Below are positions 60,841 to 64,000 of a DNA stretch of 64,000 bases, piece by piece. The stretch's first letter is position 1, and every line of letters begins with the position of its first letter. The position numbers were made by a program, and so were the translations under genes. The DNA lies in the NCBI GenBank assembly GCA_963746845.1, contig CAVVCZ010000006.1, positions 192,001 to 256,000 on the forward strand. Direction: 5' to 3'. Origin of the DNA: an uncultured Chloroflexia bacterium (GTDB lineage: Bacteria > Chloroflexota > Limnocylindria > Limnocylindrales > CSP1-4). Below the pieces are notes generated by a model. That model did no database searches. It was not told the DNA's origin and saw only the letters and a program-made list of their open reading frames with translations.

Positions 60841-62283
60841 TCAGGCCGCCCCGATCGCCTGTTCCGGCACGCGCGCGCCGGCGCGTCGACGGACGCGCGG
60901 CGTCAGCGTCAACCCCACGACCGCCACGGCGATCGACACGGCGAAGGTCAGCGCCAGCCCGACCCAGCCCGCCGATCCGGACCGTGCGGCGCCCGCGATG
61001 AACGCGCCGCCGAGCCCGGTCCCGAGGGACGTCCCGAGCACGTCCGACAGCTGGAGCCCGGCGGTGGAGGCCCCCTGCAGCTCCGCCGGTGCGTCGCGCA
61101 GCACGATGATCGCCGGCGTGGAGTAGCTCAGGCCCATCCCCAGCCCGGCGACGCTCCAGGTGACGACCGCGACGATCAGCGGGACCGAGGGGATCAGGAT
61201 CGCCGCGAACCCCGCGATCCCGAGGGCGAGGACCGCGAACCCGAGCGCGAGGAACCGACGGGGACCGTACCGCTCGATCCGCTGGGCGAGAATCCACGAG
61301 CCGCCCGTCCACGACAGCGTCGACGCGGTGAACACGAGCCCGGACACCAGCGCCGGCTCGCCCCGCCAGTCCTGGATCGCGAGCGGGACGAAGGCGTCGG
61401 CGCAGAAGAAGGCGAACGTCAGGAATCCGCGCAGGAGGACGGCCGCCGGCATCCCCCGTGCGGCCCGGATCGTCCCGGCCGGGGTGAGCCGGGCGAAGGC
61501 CGGGGTCCCGATCAGCAGGCCCGCGACGATGAGCGGGATCGGCGCAGGCCCGAGGTTCGACAGCCCGGCCACGGTCAGGGCCGCGCCGGCGACGAGGACC
61601 AGCGCGAGGGGGAGGCGGCGGCGCGCGTCGACGGCGACTTCGTGCTCGCCCTCGGCCGCCTCTGCCCCCGGAGCCACCGAGCGGATTGCCGGCAGGGTCA
61701 GGATGACCGCGACGGCGATCAGCGGCAGCAGCCCGAGGAAGACCAGGCGCCAGTGGAAGGTCTCGGCGACGATCCCCGCGAGGCTCGGTCCGATGACGCC
61801 CGGGATCACCCAGGCGGTCGAGAGCGTCGCGAACATCCGGGGCCGCAGCCGTTCCGGCAGCGCCCGGCCGATCGAGACGTAGGCGACCGCCGGAATGGCA
61901 CCCGCGCCCAACCCCTGGATCACGCGGGCGGCGACGAGGACGGGCATCGTCGGGGCGAGGCCGCCGATCAGCAGCCCGAGCGAGAACAGGCCGATGCCGG
62001 TGAGGAATGGCCGGGTGAGGCCGCCGCGATCGATCATGATCCCGGCCACGACGATGCCGAGCAGGCTCCCGAGAAAGAACCCGGAGAAGACCCAGCCGTA
62101 GAGGTCGAGGCCGCCGAGATCCTTCGCGACGATCGGCATGATCGTGGAGACGGCGAGGGCCTCCGACGCGACGATCGTGACGTTCAGGACGAGCCCGATC
62201 GTCAGCGACCGCCGACCCGGGGACCACAGGGAGTCGGTGGCGGCGCCGCGTTCCGTGGGCTCGGCGGCGGCGGATGGGTTCAC
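60841..62283 (-). CDS. MFS transporter
   Basis: Multi-TM protein; LYGWVFSGF, ARVIQGLGAG, WRLVFLG. Confidence 0.88.
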   Translation of the reverse strand: MNPSAAAEPTERGAATDSLWSPGRRSLTIGLVLNVTIVASEALAVSTIMPIVAKDLGGLDLYGWVFSGFFLGSLLGIVVAGIMIDRGGLTRPFLTGIGLFSLGLLIGGLAPTMPVLVAARVIQGLGAGAIPAVAYVSIGRALPERLRPRMFATLSTAWVIPGVIGPSLAGIVAETFHWRLVFLGLLPLIAVAVILTLPAIRSVAPGAEAAEGEHEVAVDARRRLPLALVLVAGAALTVAGLSNLGPAPIPLIVAGLLIGTPAFARLTPAGTIRAARGMPAAVLLRGFLTFAFFCADAFVPLAIQDWRGEPALVSGLVFTASTLSWTGGSWILAQRIERYGPRRFLALGFAVLALGIAGFAAILIPSVPLIVAVVTWSVAGLGMGLSYSTPAIIVLRDAPAELQGASTAGLQLSDVLGTSLGTGLGGAFIAGAARSGSAGWVGLALTFAVSIAVAVVGLTLTPRVRRRAGARVPEQAIGAA

Positions 62284-62355
62284 TTCCGGAAGGATGCCCG
62301 CTCGACGATCGTCGCGCCGTGGACGATCGTCGGCGCCCGGTCTACGCTGCGCGGC

Positions 62356-62874
62356 ATGACCGTCATCGGCGAGCGTCCCGTCCCGGGCGACGCAACCAGC
62401 GCCCCGACCGGCATCGGCCGGGTGGAGTCGATTCACATCGCGAGCGCAGGAGGCGGTCCCATGCACGCCGTCGAGCGGGTGCGTGCGCTCGCAGGGATCG
62501 GCCTCGAGGGCGACCGCTACGCGGTGGGCGTCGGTCACTACTCCAGCCGGGTGGAGCCGGATCGGCACGTCACGCTGATCGCCGCCGAGGAGCTGGATCG
62601 GCTGGCCACGGAGCACGGGATCGTCCTGGCCTCCGGCGAGAGCCGCCGCAACGTCACGACCCGCGGGATCGACCTGAACGCGCTGGTCGGCCACCGGTTC
62701 CGGATCGGGGCGGTGGAGTGCGAGGCAACCCGGCTCTGCGAGCCCTGCCAGTACCTGACGGACCTGCTCGGCAAGCCGGTGCTCCCGCACCTGGTCCATC
62801 GCGCCGGGCTGCGGGCCCGGATCCTCACGGATGGCGAGATCGGGCCCGGCGACGAGGTCGTCGCGCTCGACTGA
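62356..62874 (+). CDS. MOSC domain protein
   Basis: GLEGDRY, RRNVTTRGIDL, LCEPC, GLRARIL. Confidence 0.88.
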   Translation: MTVIGERPVPGDATSAPTGIGRVESIHIASAGGGPMHAVERVRALAGIGLEGDRYAVGVGHYSSRVEPDRHVTLIAAEELDRLATEHGIVLASGESRRNVTTRGIDLNALVGHRFRIGAVECEATRLCEPCQYLTDLLGKPVLPHLVHRAGLRARILTDGEIGPGDEVVALD

Positions 62875-62909
62875 CCCGCGCAGCGTCGACGCGCGGCGCG
62901 GTCGAGCCC

Positions 62910-63635
62910 TCAGCGGTGCCGGAACGGCTCCAGCGGCTCTGGCCGGTGCTCGACTGTCAGTCGCGGGCCGATGGGCTGCGCGGCCCATCGGACGGCGTTC
63001 GCGATCACCCGACGGACGTTCGCGTCGAAGTACGTCGGGTGGGTCTCATGGCCGGGCCGGAAGTAGAAGACCCGGCCGCGGCCGCGCTCGTAGCAGCAGC
63101 CGCTCCGGAAGATCTCGCCGCCCTCGAACCAGCTGACGAGGACGAGGCGGTCCGGCGCGGGAACGTCGAACGGCTCGCCGTACATCTCCTCCTCCGGCAG
63201 GACGATCGAATCGCCCAGCCCATCGGCGATCGCGTGCGTCGGGTCGACCACCCAGAGCCGTTCGCGCTCGCCGGCCTCCCGCCACTTCAGGTCCGCTGTC
63301 GTGCCCATCAGCCGCCGGAAGACCTTGGAGTGGTGTCCGGAGTGGAGGACGATCAGGCCCATCCCGTCCAGGACGCGGCGCTGGACGCGGTCGACGATCG
63401 CGTCCTCGACCTCGTCGTGGGCAACGTGGCCCCACCATGTCAGGACATCTGTCTCCGCGAGGACCGACTCGGTCAGGCCGTGCTCCGGCTCGTCGAGCGT
63501 GGCGGTCCCGACGTCGAAGCCGGCCTCCGTCAGGCCCGCCGCGATCGCGGCATGGATCCCGTCCGGGTAAACGGCCCGGACCGACGCGTCGGAGCGCTCC
63601 TGGCGGTACTCGTTCCAGACGGTGACCCGGGTCAT
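62910..63635 (-). CDS. ThuA (trehalose utilization) family protein
   Basis: [42 protein letters not shown]. Confidence 0.9.
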   Translation of the reverse strand: MTRVTVWNEYRQERSDASVRAVYPDGIHAAIAAGLTEAGFDVGTATLDEPEHGLTESVLAETDVLTWWGHVAHDEVEDAIVDRVQRRVLDGMGLIVLHSGHHSKVFRRLMGTTADLKWREAGERERLWVVDPTHAIADGLGDSIVLPEEEMYGEPFDVPAPDRLVLVSWFEGGEIFRSGCCYERGRGRVFYFRPGHETHPTYFDANVRRVIANAVRWAAQPIGPRLTVEHRPEPLEPFRHR

Positions 63636-64000
63636 CACGCAGCACCGGCCGTCGCGGGCTCGCCGATCCGGACGACCCGGCCGCCGTCCGCCGCGGACCC
63701 GCGGATCGCGTCCCAGAGCCGCGCCATCCGCAGGCCGACCTCGGGTGGGCTCGGGTTCGCGATCTGGCCGCTCCGGACGTTCAGGAACTGCTCCCAGACC
63801 GGGATCGGCGCGACCGAGCGCACCTTCCGCAGGCTGCGCCCCCCAGACCGCTGGATCTCCAGCAGCTCGCCCCAGATCCCCGTCCGGAGGATCGCCCGGG
63901 GAGTGAACACGCGGATGTCCGAATGGCACGACGGAATCGCGCTGCCGCAGCCGTTCATGGTGACGAGCGCACCGGAAGCGAGACGGGCCATCACGACGGC
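63635..64000 (-). CDS. Gfo/Idh/MocA-like oxidoreductase, C-terminal fragment (start outside window)
   Basis: EQFL...[23 protein letters not shown]-terminal pattern; stop overlaps the thuA ATG. Confidence 0.55.
   Translation of the reverse strand, partial: AVVMARLASGALVTMNGCGSAIPSCHSDIRVFTPRAILRTGIWGELLEIQRSGGRSLRKVRSVAPIPVWEQFLNVRSGQIANPSPPEVGLRMARLWDAIRGSAADGGRVVRIGEPATAGAA

Noticed and set aside
52-63929. Many long Arg/Pro/Gly-rich antisense or alternate-frame ORFs in the ORF track (e.g. 545-2629 +, 7236-9368 +)
   Set aside because: Shadow ORFs expected at very high GC; they overlap genes with clear family motifs.

Overview
Very GC-rich bacterial chromosomal window. Gene content and many apparently leaderless promoters suggest Chloroflexota (possibly a Limnocylindria-like lineage); this is an inference. 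Most of it is housekeeping DNA: (1) a ~14 kb minus-strand superoperon lysC-birA-ECF sigma/putative anti-sigma-accD-accA-(lysine-less BCCP-like)-accC-fabZ-metallophosphoesterase-fabF-accB-fabH-fabG-MBL/rhodanese; (2) hom-thrC-thrB, trpS and surE; (3) two tandem phytoene-desaturase-like flavoproteins, a frameshifted PLP decarboxylase, a Crp regulator and a GcvT-like aminomethyltransferase; (4) a cobalamin-riboswitch-controlled btuFCD-cobS-cobU-cobC-cobT salvage operon; (5) a three-gene secreted-protein operon with a metzincin-like protein; (6) manC-PMM-cupin, metK, kynU and an apt-mtnA-GNAT-ahcY SAM-recycling operon. No rRNA, tRNA, CRISPR array or classical IS was seen. The two strongest candidates for undescribed biology are an XRE-HTH + PD-(D/E)XK nuclease gene between two ~170-nt degenerate direct repeats (conserved arms, equal-length 50-nt variable core, perfect 14-bp outer inverted repeats, related solo copies elsewhere), and a BCCP paralogue lacking the biotinylated lysine (like plant BADC regulators) in the acc operon alongside an ECF sigma pair.
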